A stretch of 64,000 nt of DNA from Octopus sinensis (GCF_006345805.1 NC_043014.1:40548001-40612000), one strand, 5' to 3'; numbered from the stretch's first letter, positions 25,922 to 38,805 are shown. A program made the numbers and translations. Notes: generated from the letters alone by a model not told the origin.

Positions 25922-26601
25922 AGTATGTTTTGTTCCAACATCACTTAACAACTGGTTTTGGTTAGTTTATGGGCCACATAACTAACTTAGCAGTTTGGCA
26001 AAAGGGGCAGTTAGAATAAGTAAAAAGACTTTGGATTGTGGTCATACGATGGCACCATCTTAAAGAGATCAACCGAAGTACTTTCTTTTTTTTTTTTTTT
26101 GCTGGTACCACATAAAAAGCACCCAGACCACTCTGTTAAGTGGCATTAGAAAGGCATCAAGCAGTAAGAACCATGCCAAAACAGAGAGGAAGCCTGGTGC
26201 ATCCTTGTGGCTTGCCAGCTCCTTACAAACTGTCCAACCCATGCCAGCATGGAAAACAGACATTTTTTGATGCCCGCGAAGCATCATTTGGCCTAGTGCC
26301 ATAGTAGAAGATATTTTTTCTCAAGGTAACCCCAAACCCCATGGTTGCAAAAGCAAGCCTCGTAGCCACATAGCTATGCCTGTAAACTTTCTAGAATCAC
26401 CTTGCAGCCTACGTGTTTTTCTGTTGATGTTGACTTGCAGATGTTCAAAGTCAGCATCAACTGCATCAAACTTACCGATCTTGTGAAGCAGGGAGGAATG
26501 TGTGCGAAGGTCAGGGGCACCTTCTCCTAAATGAATTATGCAAAAACAAAAACCAAAGAATAGAAACAAAGAATGATCAAGTAAGATAAAAAAAAAAATA
26601 C

Positions 26602-26780
26602 CTGTAGCATTCAGATGAAGAACTGGTATCTGTGCAAAAAGATCGTGCAGTGATGATGCTAGGCAGTGAGAAATTTGTTGAATGAATGTTTCTGGTTGCA
26701 TTAGTAAATGTGCAACAACTCGAAATAAAAATTGGTTTACTGCAAGCATGGGTGCCAGTCATGATACTGATATTATCTGC
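26602..26780 (-). CDS. TMEM143: TMEM143 coding exon 2: ADNISIMTG...DTSSSSECYR
   Basis: Acceptor ttttattttgaag|GCA and donor TACAG|gtattt; 179 nt, phase 0 to 2. Joins exon 3 to give Y-R-E-H-Y-I-P, matching the TMEM143 'YRERFIP' motif. Confidence 0.75.
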
Positions 26781-26870
26781 CTTCAAAATAAAATAAAAAA
26801 ATATATATACATATCTAAAATGATGTCTTAAGGGTGAATTTCATTAGGATTCAGATTACGCTCTTATATA

Positions 26871-27435
26871 TTGGGTTGTCCGGAAAGTTCGTGCCGATTT
26901 TTAAAGGAAAGAAAAAGGTCAATAAATATTTGCCATTACATTTTTAATCAACCAAATATGAACCATTTTGTTGTACAATGCGTCTCCATCTTTCCTTTAA
27001 CTTGAAAATACCCTCTTCCCAGAATTGAGGTGGTTTCATGGCAAAGAATTCATCAAGGTATCTTTTTACGTGATCCAAGGAATTGAAATTTTTACCATTA
27101 AGACTATTCTGCAGAGACCTGAATAAGTGGAAATTTGAAGAAGCAACATCTGGTGAATATCGAGGGTGGGGTAACACATCCCAGCCGAGCTGCAGCAATT
27201 TTTGTCTGGTTCCCAAAGCATCAAGTGCCGAAAATGAACTTTCTTATCTTCCATTTCAAAGGGTTACAGAATTAACACAGGTTATAGGAACATAAACCTT
27301 CTTCCACGAAAAGATAGCTTAAACTGTACTCTAAATGAAGGTGTAGTCAAATCCTATTTTATGGACTCAACCATGTTCTAAAATAAGTCAAAAGGTAAGC
27401 TGCATAAATCGGCACGAACTTTCCGGACAACCCAA
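26871..27435 (-). mobile_element. Internally deleted mariner transposon
   Basis: Perfect TIRs TTGGGTTGTCCGGAAAGTTCGTGCCGATTT with a TA TSD. The transposase N-terminus (MEDKKVHFRHLMLWE) is fused to the C-terminus (WDVLPHPRYSPDVASSNFHLFRSLQN...GIFKLKERW). It is nested in a piggyBac-like MITE remnant. Confidence 0.92.
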
Positions 27436-27893
27436 TATAATGCTTATTTATTTACATTGTTTTGAATTAATCATGCATTATCTTGTGACTTCATATTTTG
27501 ATGCTGTAACTGTGTGTTTTGAGAATGACATTGTAGGGTAAGTGTGAGAGGCTGGTTCTGGCCAGTTCAAACATAAAACAAGTAGAATATCTGAGTCAGT
27601 TTAACCCTTTAGAATTCAGATTATTCTATTAAATGTAACACTTATTTATTCACAATGTTTGAATTTATCCTGCATTTTTTTTGTAGCCTCAAGATTTTCA
27701 TGATGTGACTGTATCTTTTTTGGACGAATATTGTAGTTGTGAAAGGCTGAATTTGGCCAGTTTGAACATAAAATCGAGAAGAATAATTTGGCTGGATATG
27801 GCCAGTTTAAATGCTAAAGTATTAAATAACATTTTTATATTTGAGTAGTATAGTTTGCATGAAGCATTGTCTGATATAATAAATGTCTTTAAT

Positions 27894-28181
27894 TGTCATT
27901 TTCTTTTTATATAAAACCAAAAGAATGCAAGTTATAAGAAACGATACAAGTTGATAGTTTGCACTTTTACTTTGTATGTCAGCATTTCACGATCAGGACC
28001 CCTTCTTCAAGAAATCTTTGATGAAATGGTGATGTGAACTGATTGGCCATTTCTTTAAGATTTCCAGAAGAATGGGTCCTAACACAGAAATATTAAAATA
28101 CAAGGTGAAGGTACAAACTATCAACTTGTATTATTTCTTAGAACTTGCATTCTTTTGGCTTAGTAATAAAAAAAAATGACA
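27894..28181. repeat. Diverged fold-back (~130-bp arms) with a hammerhead-like remnant
   Basis: Arms CCAAAAGAATGCAAGTT..ATACAAGTTGATAGTTTG and CAAACTATCAACTTGTAT..AACTTGCATTCTTTTGG. The minus strand reads CTTGAAGAAGGGGTCCTGATCGTGAAATGCTGAC. Confidence 0.65.
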
Positions 28182-28349
28182 TGGTAAGAAGCTTGCTTCC
28201 CAACCACATGGTTCCGGGTTCAGTCCCACTGTGCGGTACCTTGGGCAAGTGTCTTTTGCTATTGCCTTAGGTTGACTAAAGCCTTGTGAATGGATTTGGT
28301 AGAGGGAAACTTAAAAAGACTGTCAGCATTGGTGATGGTGCTAGTGCCA

Positions 28350-29165
28350 AGTAAAAAGCACTGGAGCTGGTGTCACGTAAATAGCACTGGTGCCATATAA
28401 AAAGCAGTGGAGCTGGTGTCACATAAATGGCATTGGTGCCATGTAAAAAGCACTGGAGCTGGTGTCACATAAATGGCATTGGTGCCATGTAAAAAGCACT
28501 GGAGCTGGTGTCACATAAATGGCATTGGTGCCATGTAAAAAGCACTGGAGCTGGTGTCACATAAATGGCATTGGTGCCATGTAAAAAGCACTGGAGCTGG
28601 TGTCACATAAATGGCATTGGTGCCATGTAAAAAGCAGTGGAGCTGGTGTCACATAAATGGCATTGGTGCCATGTAAAAAGCACTGGAGCTGGTGTCACAT
28701 AAATGGCATTGGTGCCATGTAAAAAGCAGTGGAGCTGGTGTCACATAAATGGCATTGGTGCCATGTAAAAAGCACTGGAGCTGGTGTCACATAAATGGCA
28801 TTGGTGCCATGTAAAAAGCAGTGGAGCTGGTGTCACATAAATGGCATTGGTGCCATGTAAAAAGCACTGGAGCTGGTGTCACATAAATGGCATTGGTGCC
28901 ATGTAAAAAGCACTGGAGCTGGTGTCACATAAATGGCATTGGTGCCATGTAAAAAGCACTGGAGCTGGTGTCACATAAATGGCATTGGTGCCATGTAAAA
29001 AGCACTGGAGCTGGTGTCACATAAATGGCATTGGTGCCATGTAAAAAGCACTGGAGCTGGTGTCACATAAATGGCATTGGTGCCATGTAAAAAGCACTGG
29101 AGCTGGTGTCACATAAATAGCACTAGTGCCATGTATTAAGCAGTGGAGCTGGTTCCACATAAAAA
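28350..29165. repeat. 46-bp minisatellite, about 17 copies
   Basis: Unit AAAAAGCACTGGAGCTGGTGTCACATAAATGGCATTGGTGCCATGT. Confidence 0.95.
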
Positions 29166-29571
29166 GCACCCAGTACACTTTATAAAGTGCTTGACATTAG
29201 AAAAAGAATCTGATAGTAGAAACTAAATCAAAATAGATTATGCGAGATGGTGCAGCTCTTAGCCTTGCCAGTTCCTGTCAAGCCATTCAACCCATGCCAG
29301 CATGAAAAACGGATGTTAAATGATGATGATGATGTGTGTCTTTGTGTCTGTGTTTGACCCCACCACCATTTGACAACCGGTGATGGTGTGTTTACGTCCC
29401 TGTAACCTAGTGGTTTGCCAAAAAGAGACTGATAGAATAAGCACCAGGCTTTAAAAAAAACAAAGCAAAAATAATTTGTACTAGGATTGATTCATTTGAC
29501 TAAAAGTTCTTCAAGGCAGTGCCCCAGCATGGCCACAGTCTAATGACTAAAAAAAGTGAAAAATAAAAAAT

Positions 29572-29935
29572 AATTCATGTTTATGAATTTGTTTTGCAAG
29601 ATTCCTGGTGTGAAGTCGTGTGTTGAAACAGATATTGTTATAGTCGGGGATGGTCACATTTTTTAATTTTTATTTTTTGTCAAACAACTTCACATAGTGT
29701 ATACTCGTTCATCACTTCAGATTTATTATTTTTATTTTAGAGTCCTTTGTCTGAAATCTTTTGTCACATGTCCTGTGACCTCTTCAACAACTCTCCATCC
29801 CACGTGTCTCCTCCAGTTTTGTTTAGTCCATTCTAAATTTCAGACAAAGGACACTAAAATAAGAATAAACGAATATAAAGTGCTTGTGGTTATTTGGCAA
29901 AAATAAAACCCCAGAAAATATATCCCAAAATATAA
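29572..29935. mobile_element. Diverged relative of the 15.4-kb fold-back family with a decayed hammerhead
   Basis: Shares TTGCAAGATT..TGTGAA..CGTGTGTTGAAACAGATAT with 15850-15895 (reverse) and 16188-16229. The minus strand reads TTGAAGAGGTCACAGGACATGTGACAAAAAGATTTC. There is an internal inverted repeat. Confidence 0.6.
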
Positions 29936-31040
29936 CAAAAAAGTCATTTGTTTTCATATTATACTGTTGTTGAGTATATACGTATTTTGACTAGAAATCC
30001 TTCTTTGCTTTAATCACTGTTTCATGATTTATATGGTTAAATGAATTCAGAGATGTAGATTTGATTAACAATGTAACAGAATACAGTGGGCAATAACAAT
30101 AATAATTGTAAAAGTATATAATACATCATGCAGTTTGATTCAAGAAGGAGTAAAACACATGAGAAGAAGAATGAGTTAAATTTCATAATACTATCATGAA
30201 TAACAGGAGATAAAGATTATTAGTATTTTTCTTAGGGGGCTCAAGATTAACAAGAAGTTATCTTCGCATCCTTCAGTGAAAGGATTAAATATTGAATTTA
30301 TTTCAAGGCACAGGAGTAGCTGTGTGGTAAGTAGCTTGCTTACCAACCACATGGTTCTGGGTTCAGTCCCACAGCGTGGCGCCCTGGGCAAGTGTCTTCT
30401 ACTATAGCCTTGGGCTGACCAAAGCCTTGTGAGAGGACTTGGTAGACGGAAATTGAAAGAAGCCCGTCGTATATATGTATGTATATATATGTGTGTGTGT
30501 GTGTGTGTGTATGTTTGTCCCCCAACATCGCTTGACAACTGATGCTGGTGTGTTTACGCCCCCATAGCTTAGCGATTTGGCAAAAGAGACTGATAGAATA
30601 ATTACTAGGCTTACAAAGATTAAGTCCTGGGGTCGATTTCTTTGACTAAAGGCGGTGCTCCAGCATGGCCATAGTCAAATGACTGAAACAAGTAAAAGAG
30701 TAAAAATAAATAAAATTAAAAATATATAATTAAATGAAAAAATAGAACAGAGAAAATGGTAAAAAAAATAGAGTGAAAAGTAAAAATGTGGGGGAAATTA
30801 AAATGTTTAAAAATGCTCATTTTCTTCCCACCCACTCGAAATCACAATTTCTGTTGTTGAAAAATAAAAAGGATAAAAAAAAAAGATAAATAGGGTAGGA
30901 AGCATATATGATATATCGATCAATATTTCGTTAACGGAGAAAAATTATCAAGAAAACTGCTAACTGCCAACACCACTGAACTAACTTTTCACGCTTATTT
31001 TTGAACTGTATTGATTTCCAGTCAATTACTAATAAACCTT

Positions 31041-31664
31041 GGATCTTTTCAGTTTGACCGGCAGTTTTTAAAATAATTTCCACATAACTAAACACTTTTA
31101 AACTTCGTGTACTGGTAGAATGTGTTTATAAAACATCCTTTTCTCTTGGATTTATTGAGAAAATTCTATAGTTCGTAAGATATTTGTTGTTGTTTTTCTT
31201 CAATTTCTGCAATTTCAACCAATCAATGACGTCTATTGAGGTAAAAAAACCATTCTGTACCGTATGAATATGTCCCTCGTTTAAGAAACAGATTGGGTTA
31301 CTAAAAAATTTTAAACTTCGTATACTGGTAGAATGTGTATATAAAACATCTTTTTCTCTTGGCTTTATTGAGAAAATTCTATAGTTTGTAAGATATTTGT
31401 TGTTTTTTTCTTCAATTTCTGCAATTTCCACCAATCAATGACGTCTATTGAGGTAAAAGAAACATTATGTGCCGTATGAATATGTCTCTCGTTTAAGAAA
31501 CAGATTGGGTTTATTTACATTTGTGAAGAAAAAAAGATACCCTTCCCCCACCCCTAACCCTAAAACAAATTGAAATACAATAGATCGATACTAGGGTCAT
31601 AATTATGGGTGATAATTTCATATGACACCGCTAGAAAAAACTGCCGTTCAAACCAAAAAGATCC
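31041..31664. mobile_element. MITE with GGATC.. TIRs and 8-bp TSD (Merlin-like)
   Basis: TIR GGATCTTTTCAGTTTGACCGGCAG / CTGCCGTTCAAACCAAAAAGATCC. TSD TAAACCTT at 31033-31040 and 31665-31672. Internal ~210-bp duplication. Confidence 0.85.
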
Positions 31665-34320
31665 TAAACCTTTCTAATGTTTGGTCAGTAGTTTCCAAAG
31701 GAGAGGGCAGTCGATTACATCGACCTCAGCGCTCAGCTTGTACGTATTTCATTGATCTCGAAAGGACGAAAGATAAAAGTGAACCTCGGTGGCTTTTGAT
31801 CTCAGAATGTAAAAAGCCAGAAGAACTGCTGTGTAGCTTTCTCTCCGATGCGCTAACAATCCTGCCAGCTTGCCACCTTATAATAATCCTCTCAATTATA
31901 GGTGAAATGCCTAGTCAATTACGTCGACCCCAGTGAAAACGGGAACTTATTTTATTGACCTTGAAGGGATGAAAGGTAAAGTCAACCTCTGTGGAATTTC
32001 ATCTCAGAAGTAAAACCAGGAGAAATGCTGCAAGGCATTCCACCTTTTTCACACCAAATAATTGTTTCATTTTGGGATACCAGGCCAACGATTTTGGAGG
32101 AAAGGAGTCGATTACATCGACCCCATTGCTCAACTATTACATACTTTTTCGACCCAGTAGACTGGTGGTAATGGTGTTGCTCTCACGATCACAAGATTGT
32201 GGCTTTGATTTCCACAACTGGTAGTGCACTGTACTCTTGAGTAAATCACACTCACAAGAGATTTTATCTCGGACAAAAACCGCAGCAACTTGTCTACCAA
32301 GGATGTATATACATTAAATGTGATACATAGATGGCTGTTTTAATTTTGCATGTTTGCAAACTAAGAAGCTAATGACCATGTTTAAGAACAAAACTATGTG
32401 CTCTCCATGCACTGAATATATATTGTATCAATTTCCAGTCTACATTTTCCTGATTTAAGAAATGGAATGTTATTGATATGGCTTTGGGAAGAAGCCAAAA
32501 TTTGTTTAAGCTTGTTTGTACCAACACTTGATAATTAGGTAATCAATATATTAAAACTTTTTATTACCAAGTAAAATTTAACTTATGTATTTCATGTTGC
32601 TTCTGAATTGAATTTCCATTAAAGCCTGAAGAAACAGAAACCTAACTTCCCAAAATGAAAGGTCAACGATAAGAAATTTAATTGATATAATTTCTTGTTG
32701 GACAAGCTTCTGTCTTTGAACCAAAGAATTTTGTCTCTTTATGACCATTCCAACTGAACTAACTCAAAGCTCTCTCCAGTAAAGATATTACAAATCTTTT
32801 CTACTCGAGGCACAAGGCCCGAAATTTGGGGGGAGAGGGCCAGTCGATTAGATCGACCCCAGTACGCAACTCGTACTTAATTTATTGACCTCGAAAGGAT
32901 GAAAGGCAAAGTCGACCTCAACGGAATTTGAACTCAGATCGTAAAGACAGACGAAATACCTATTTCTTTACTACCCACAAGGGGCTACACACAGAGAGGA
33001 CAAACAAGGACAGACAAGCGGATTAAGTCGATTATATCGACCCCAGTGTGTAACTGGTACTTATTTAATCGACCCCAAAAGGATGAAAGGTAAAGTCGAC
33101 CTCGGCAGAATTTGAACTCAGAACGTAGCGGCAGACGAAATACTGCTAAGCATTTCGTCCGGCGTGCTAACGTTTCTGCCATCTCGCCGTCTTAAAGATA
33201 TTACAAATCTTGGATCACCGGATTAACAATGATTTAAAGTGCAGAAGCAAACTTGTTCAACACTATCAGAGATTTCTGCATGAGGAAGTGCAATATGGTT
33301 GGACAAATGGATTCTAGAACCAATGGGCTCCATGCCTTATTCTTTGTTTGTATTTCAGAATGAGGAAGTACTTATGCATGGGAAGAGGAAATACAATTGA
33401 GGAAAGATGCTTCTAGGAGATTGAAGACTAGCAAAAGACTTACAACTGATCAGCCAAAACTAGTCGACCAACTGCATAACTACTCACTGCTAATTGTTGT
33501 TATTATATGTGACCTTTAAGAAAATAGTCAACAAAGCGTGCTTTTCTTAACTTGATGCCAATAACTTGGCAGATTATTGTACCTTGTAAATGATATGGTG
33601 AGAACAGTTGGACTGTGTACGGCAATATTAATGAAAGTGATAAGCCGGCGAGCTGGCAGGATCGTTAAGCACGCTGGAAGAATGGTTAGGGTTAGAGTTC
33701 GTCTGTCACGTTCTGAGCTCGAATTCCGCCGAGGTCGACTTTGACTTTCAACTTTTCGGGGTTGATAAAATAAGTACCAGTTGAAAACTGGGATCGATAT
33801 AATTAGTTTATGCCCTCCCCTAAACTTGCTGACCTTGTTCCAAAATTTGAAACTAATATCAATGAAAGTGATGGGCTAAAACATTAATTAGTATTTTGTT
33901 GCTCCTGACATTGAAACTCACATTCAAAACATTGGGGGACGGTCGAAGATAAATGAGGTCAAGGTTGATCAGGACAGCGAAAGGTACAAAGGAACAATTG
34001 ATTGAGAGTCACCTCGTAGAATACTGATAGAAATCGAAATTTCCGAAATGGAAAACTTCTAATTTCCTTTCGAACTCGCTGTTTAGGTTCACTTCGTCCC
34101 CTTGTGAGAAAGATTTAGCCTCGAGAATCAATTTGTTAAAACCACCTGCCTTTGAAAAGAATTGAATGCAGTTGAAAAATGTCTCATATTTTATTTCCGT
34201 TTCGACCATTAAATAAACTGTCATTGGGTGGAATTAAACACTTCCTCTTATTTAATCTCCGGCCGTTTTACCTCATTTTTTGTTATTTGATCTCAGGCTA
34301 TTGAAAAATATTTATATACA

Positions 34321-34464
<144 letters not shown>

Positions 34465-34620
34465 AGAAGGTTTGGAGATGATGTACAGGTATTTTATATA
34501 AGAAGAAATGAGGTACTCAGAAATTCGGATGGTTTTATATTTACAGATATTTATTTGTATATTACATGTTTTTATACATCATATTCATATATTAACGCTT
34601 TCGTCTATTCTGGTGGAATT

Positions 34621-34660
<40 letters not shown>

Positions 34661-35063
34661 AAAAACAAACTGAATTTCAGCCTAAACAAACTAATTAATA
34701 CTCGGCCGCTCCCACAGAAGTTCCGATAAGCGAAACAAGCCGGTCGCAGGTGCCGCAGAAATATAGCGGAAATCCAACGAATATTTATCCATTTATTTTC
34801 CATTCATAAAAAGCACTTGTTTTGGTTTGCTCACATTAAATTTTGACCACAGTTCAGTGGCTGTAATGTGTAAGATATTTTTAGAAGCCAATGGTCAAAA
34901 CGAACAGCGATATTTAAAAAAAAAAAAAATATTTAACATATGACTGATGTTAATGAAACCAGGAACCTGAACAAGATCGGCCGATTCGGTTCGCCGAAAC
35001 TTACTGCCAAATAAACAAGATAACTAGGTTAGTAAAGCAAAAGAAATTACCGCTGATACATAC

Positions 35064-35186
35064 CAACAAAAGACATCGCTTTGGACTTAATCTCGGATGT
35101 TGATTACTGCTATAGTGAGGAATCCGAGCGGCAGAAAATATCCAATGTCTCGTGCATTTGGACGAATGGACAAAATAGTTCGCCAT
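35064..35186 (-). CDS. TMEM143: TMEM143 coding exon 1 (putative): MANYFVHSSKCTRHWIFSAARIPHYSSNQHPRLSPKRCLLL
   Basis: ATG at 35186. The phase-0 donor TTG|GTATGT at 35064/35063 matches the phase-0 start of the next exon. The peptide is Arg/Ser-rich with no acidic residues, like a mitochondrial presequence. It lies in a less repetitive, CpG-containing region next to the GINS2 promoter. This exon has no homology support by eye. Confidence 0.6.
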
Positions 35187-35347
35187 TACAGGCTGAGATT
35201 TAGTAGATTGTTTTTTAAAGGGAAGCCACTCTCGAATACTAAAACTTAATATAAGTCAATTATAATTACTAACAGGTTCTTGTTTGTTTGTATGGAGACT
35301 TAGGAATGTTTTTCATTGTTGCATATAATTGTTAGCAATTGTTCATA

Positions 35348-35387
<40 letters not shown>

Positions 35388-35503
35388 GTTCAGCCGAAAT
35401 TGCAAGGATGATCCGATTCTTGACTGAAGATTAGAGGCTTCGAATGACCCGTCCGTTTTTTGTGTCGTCTATTTGAGTGTTTTGCGTTCTTGTCCCATTT
35501 TGC

Positions 35504-35565
<62 letters not shown>

Positions 35566-35651
35566 CAATAGGTAATAAGAAATTATTATTACCAGTAGCC
35601 TAGCACAAAAACGAATTAGTCATTAGACTATATATTATTCATATTTCTATG

Positions 35652-35701
<50 letters not shown>

Positions 35702-36381
35702 ATAGATGTGTGTGTGTTTGGGGAGTCTCTCTGATTTTAAACACTGGTTATAGAATAGCTTATTTTATTTCCTATGAAAACATGTCATTATTTGGCAGTT
35801 CACCAATGATCGGTGATGTTTGCCAAATAATTGTATATCGGACACGATGTTTATTCTTAGCAGTGGCATACTCATGTCAAGGATTTACAAATTTTGATCG
35901 TTTTGAATGTTCTAGCATATTTTTACTGATAACCCAAGTCGGCTTCATTCAAAGGTATTCCAGCCGTAATTGTCAGTTTTTTTTTCAGATAGTGCGTTTA
36001 TGACTATGATTTAGAGTGCCACTTAATTTCTTCCTTTCTTTTATTTTGTTGTTGAAGACATTCGGCCGTGGTTCGATGAAAATACGGTTGCTATTTCTAG
36101 CAAATAAAGCGACCCTGTTGATGTTTTCATTGACTCGATGTAATTAGTAGAACGGTAAAAACTACTTATAATAGTACGTGTCTGCGTAATCCAATGGTCT
36201 CCGTATGCATTTTATATTTTTTACTTTGTTTTTAGATTAAATAAAATTCAAAGATTTTATTTTTCTTTGAAAATTATGGGAGCAAATTTGCTACGAAAAA
36301 ATTTATAAGTTCGTTGACCTCCTTAAACCGGAAGATAAAAATGTGTCAAAATTTGCCGCGAAAATTTAACTTCTACAAACA
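35187..36381. promoter_or_regulatory. Putative shared/bidirectional promoter region of TMEM143 and GINS2
   Basis: Divergent ATGs are ~1.2 kb apart. The call depends on the TMEM143 exon 1 assignment. Confidence 0.55.
36352..36363. promoter_or_regulatory. Overlapping double E2F site TTTGCCGCGAAA
   Basis: Reads TTTGCCGC on plus and TTTCGCGG on minus, a near match to the DHFR-type TTTCGCGCCAAA. It ends 18 nt before the ATG of a replication gene. An ETS-like ACCGGAAG (36327-36334) and a CCAAT (36191-36195) are nearby. Confidence 0.65.
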
Positions 36382-36492
36382 ATGGCAGGTGCTGCTATCC
36401 GTATGTCGCCCGCAGAAATAGAATTTCTTGCGGAGAAGGAACTAATTTCATTTGAGCCTAATTTTACATATTCTAATATTTATTTAATCCAA
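36382..36492 (+). CDS. GINS2: GINS complex subunit 2 (Psf2) exon 1: MAGAAIRMSPAEIEFLAEKELISFEPNFTYSNIYLIQ
   Basis: MxPAEIEFLAEKE is the Psf2 N-terminal signature. Donor CAA|gtaagt, phase 0. Confidence 0.95.
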
Positions 36493-37429
36493 GTAAGTCG
36501 ATCGTTGTCGTTTTGTTTTTCTAGATTATTTTCCGGATTTTTTGTTGACAGAATGAGCGTTTTTCACTTTTCAAATTCTGCCATGGTCGACTTTGCTTTT
36601 CACCCTTTCGGGGACGATAAATTAAGTACCAGTTACGCACTGGGGTCGATGTAATGTACTTAATACCTATGTCTGTCCTTTCCCCTCTATGTTTAGCCCC
36701 TTGTGGGTAATAAAGAAATAGGATGAGCGATTTTCTCTTTTCCTCTGTTGAAGAAATACTCGTTTCCAGCAACTTAGCAATCAATAAATGAATGAATATT
36801 TAATTATTTTTTAAAAGGAAATTAAATGAGGGAAATTAAGTAATCTTTTTTGATAAATTTGCTAATTTTTTTCCCCCGAAAACCATTAAAATGTTATAAT
36901 TTCGTAAATTTACTGACTAAGGTAAAGAATACGCACACCATCTTTTTCGGCTGTTAGGGATAGGGTTACGTCGAAGATGGGAGTGGCGTGCGTATTCTTT
37001 ACCTCCACCAACTTATTTATGTGGGCCCTTTATTGTTATTTCTAACGATTGATTTTAAATTCAATTATGAGATATTTTATGAATCGGGTCTTAATGAAAC
37101 GGTTTTGCTGTTTCTGTAAATTCTAAGTGCATTTAAGTTATAAATTCGACGGGAGATCACTCTAATGTACTCCAGCATGTTTGAGAAAACTTCAAAAATA
37201 GTCTTGGGCGGGGGTCGGTGAACCGGGTTAAATTACCCCTAGTGGGGTAATAAAGATTCATTAAACATAAATAAAATCTTATATATAAAAAGACGTGTTC
37301 CTTGTTACGATAGCTATTTTAATTCTGGCATCCAATGTAATTGGACGTTAAAAAAAGCAGACATTAAATGATGATGATGATGTGTATATATGCATGTGTA
37401 TCTGAGTGTGTGTCTCTTTGTGTCTATGT

Positions 37430-37675
37430 GCCGGTGGCACGTAAAAAGCACCATCCGATCGTGGCCGTTTGCCAGCCTCGTCTGGCACCTGTGCAGGTGG
37501 CACGTAAAAGCACCCACTACACTCACGGAGTGGTTGGCGTTAGGAAGGGCATCCAGCCGTAGAAACGTTGCCAGATCAGACTGGGCCTGGCGCAGCCTTC
37601 TGGCTTCTCAGACCCCAGTTGAACCGTCCAACCCATGTTAGCATGGAAAACGGACGTTAAACAATGATGATGATG
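37430..37675 (+). mobile_element. Retroposon family C with (GAT)n tail (other copies: 16250-16425, 21915-22140, 24220-24660, 50490-50810, 52660-53180)
   Basis: GGTGGCACGTAAAAAGCAC subrepeats, GGTTGGCGTTAGGAAGGGCATCCAGC and GGACGTTAAAC(GAT)n. Confidence 0.8.
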
Positions 37676-38539
37676 TCCTTCCATCACTGCTTGACAACCG
37701 GTGTTGGTCTGTTTATGTCACCTTAACATAGCAGTTCAGCAAAAGAGACTGATAGAATAAATACTAGGCTTAAAAAATAAGTTTTGGGGTCAATCTGTTG
37801 ACCCCAAAACATTAGCAGAAGGCAGCGATCTGGCAGAAACATTAACATGCCGGGCGAAATGCTAATGCCTTCTGCTAACAACCTTCAAGGTGGTGCTCCA
37901 GCATGGCTGTAGTCAAAGCACTGAAACAAATAAAAGTATGTTATGGGAGTTGTGTCTTTCAACTTTATTTTCTTTCGGATCAACTGTATACTTTTATTTT
38001 TCACTGTTTACTCATTTCAGACTGTGGCCATGCTGGGGCTCCACCTTGAAAGTTTAGCTGAATGTATCAACCCCAGTTGTTATTTTTTTATAAGCCTGCT
38101 ACTTATTCTATCAGTCCCTTTTGCTGAACCACCAAGTTACAGTGATGTAAACACCCCAGTACCACTTGTCAAGCAGTAGTGGTGGTGGTGGTAGTAGCAT
38201 GGGAGTGGTGGTGCAAGCACAGACATAAAGACACACACACACATAGATATATATACATATATACGACGGGCTTCTTTCAGTTTCCACCTACCAAATCCAC
38301 TTACAAGGCATAACAGACTGAATACAGCATACTCTTTTATTTGTTTCAGTCATTTGACTGTGGCCATGCTGGAGCACCGCCTTTAGTTGAGCAAATCGAG
38401 CCCAGGACTTATTCTTTGTAAGTCTAGTACTCTCATTCTATCGGTTTATTTTGCCGAACCGCTAAGTTACAGGGACGTAAACACATCAGCATCGGTTGTC
38501 AAGTGATGTTGGGGGGGACAAACACAGGCACAAACGTAT

Positions 38540-38570
<31 letters not shown>

Positions 38571-38574
38571 GATA

Positions 38575-38610
<36 letters not shown>

Positions 38611-38611
38611 A

Positions 38612-38682
<71 letters not shown>

Positions 38683-38731
38683 TATATATATATATATATA
38701 TACATACATATATATACATATATATACATAT

Positions 38732-38805
<74 letters not shown>

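Noticed and set aside
28350-29165. Regular repeat array resembling CRISPR
   Set aside because: Units are contiguous and near-identical with no unique spacers, in a eukaryotic context with no cas genes.
31126-31434. 102-aa ORF with an internal repeat
   Set aside because: It lies within the Merlin-like MITE internal duplication and has no transposase motifs.
35418-35457. Possible hammerhead CTGAAGA...GAAT...GTC in the promoter insert
   Set aside because: It has GAAT instead of GAAA and no convincing helix II.
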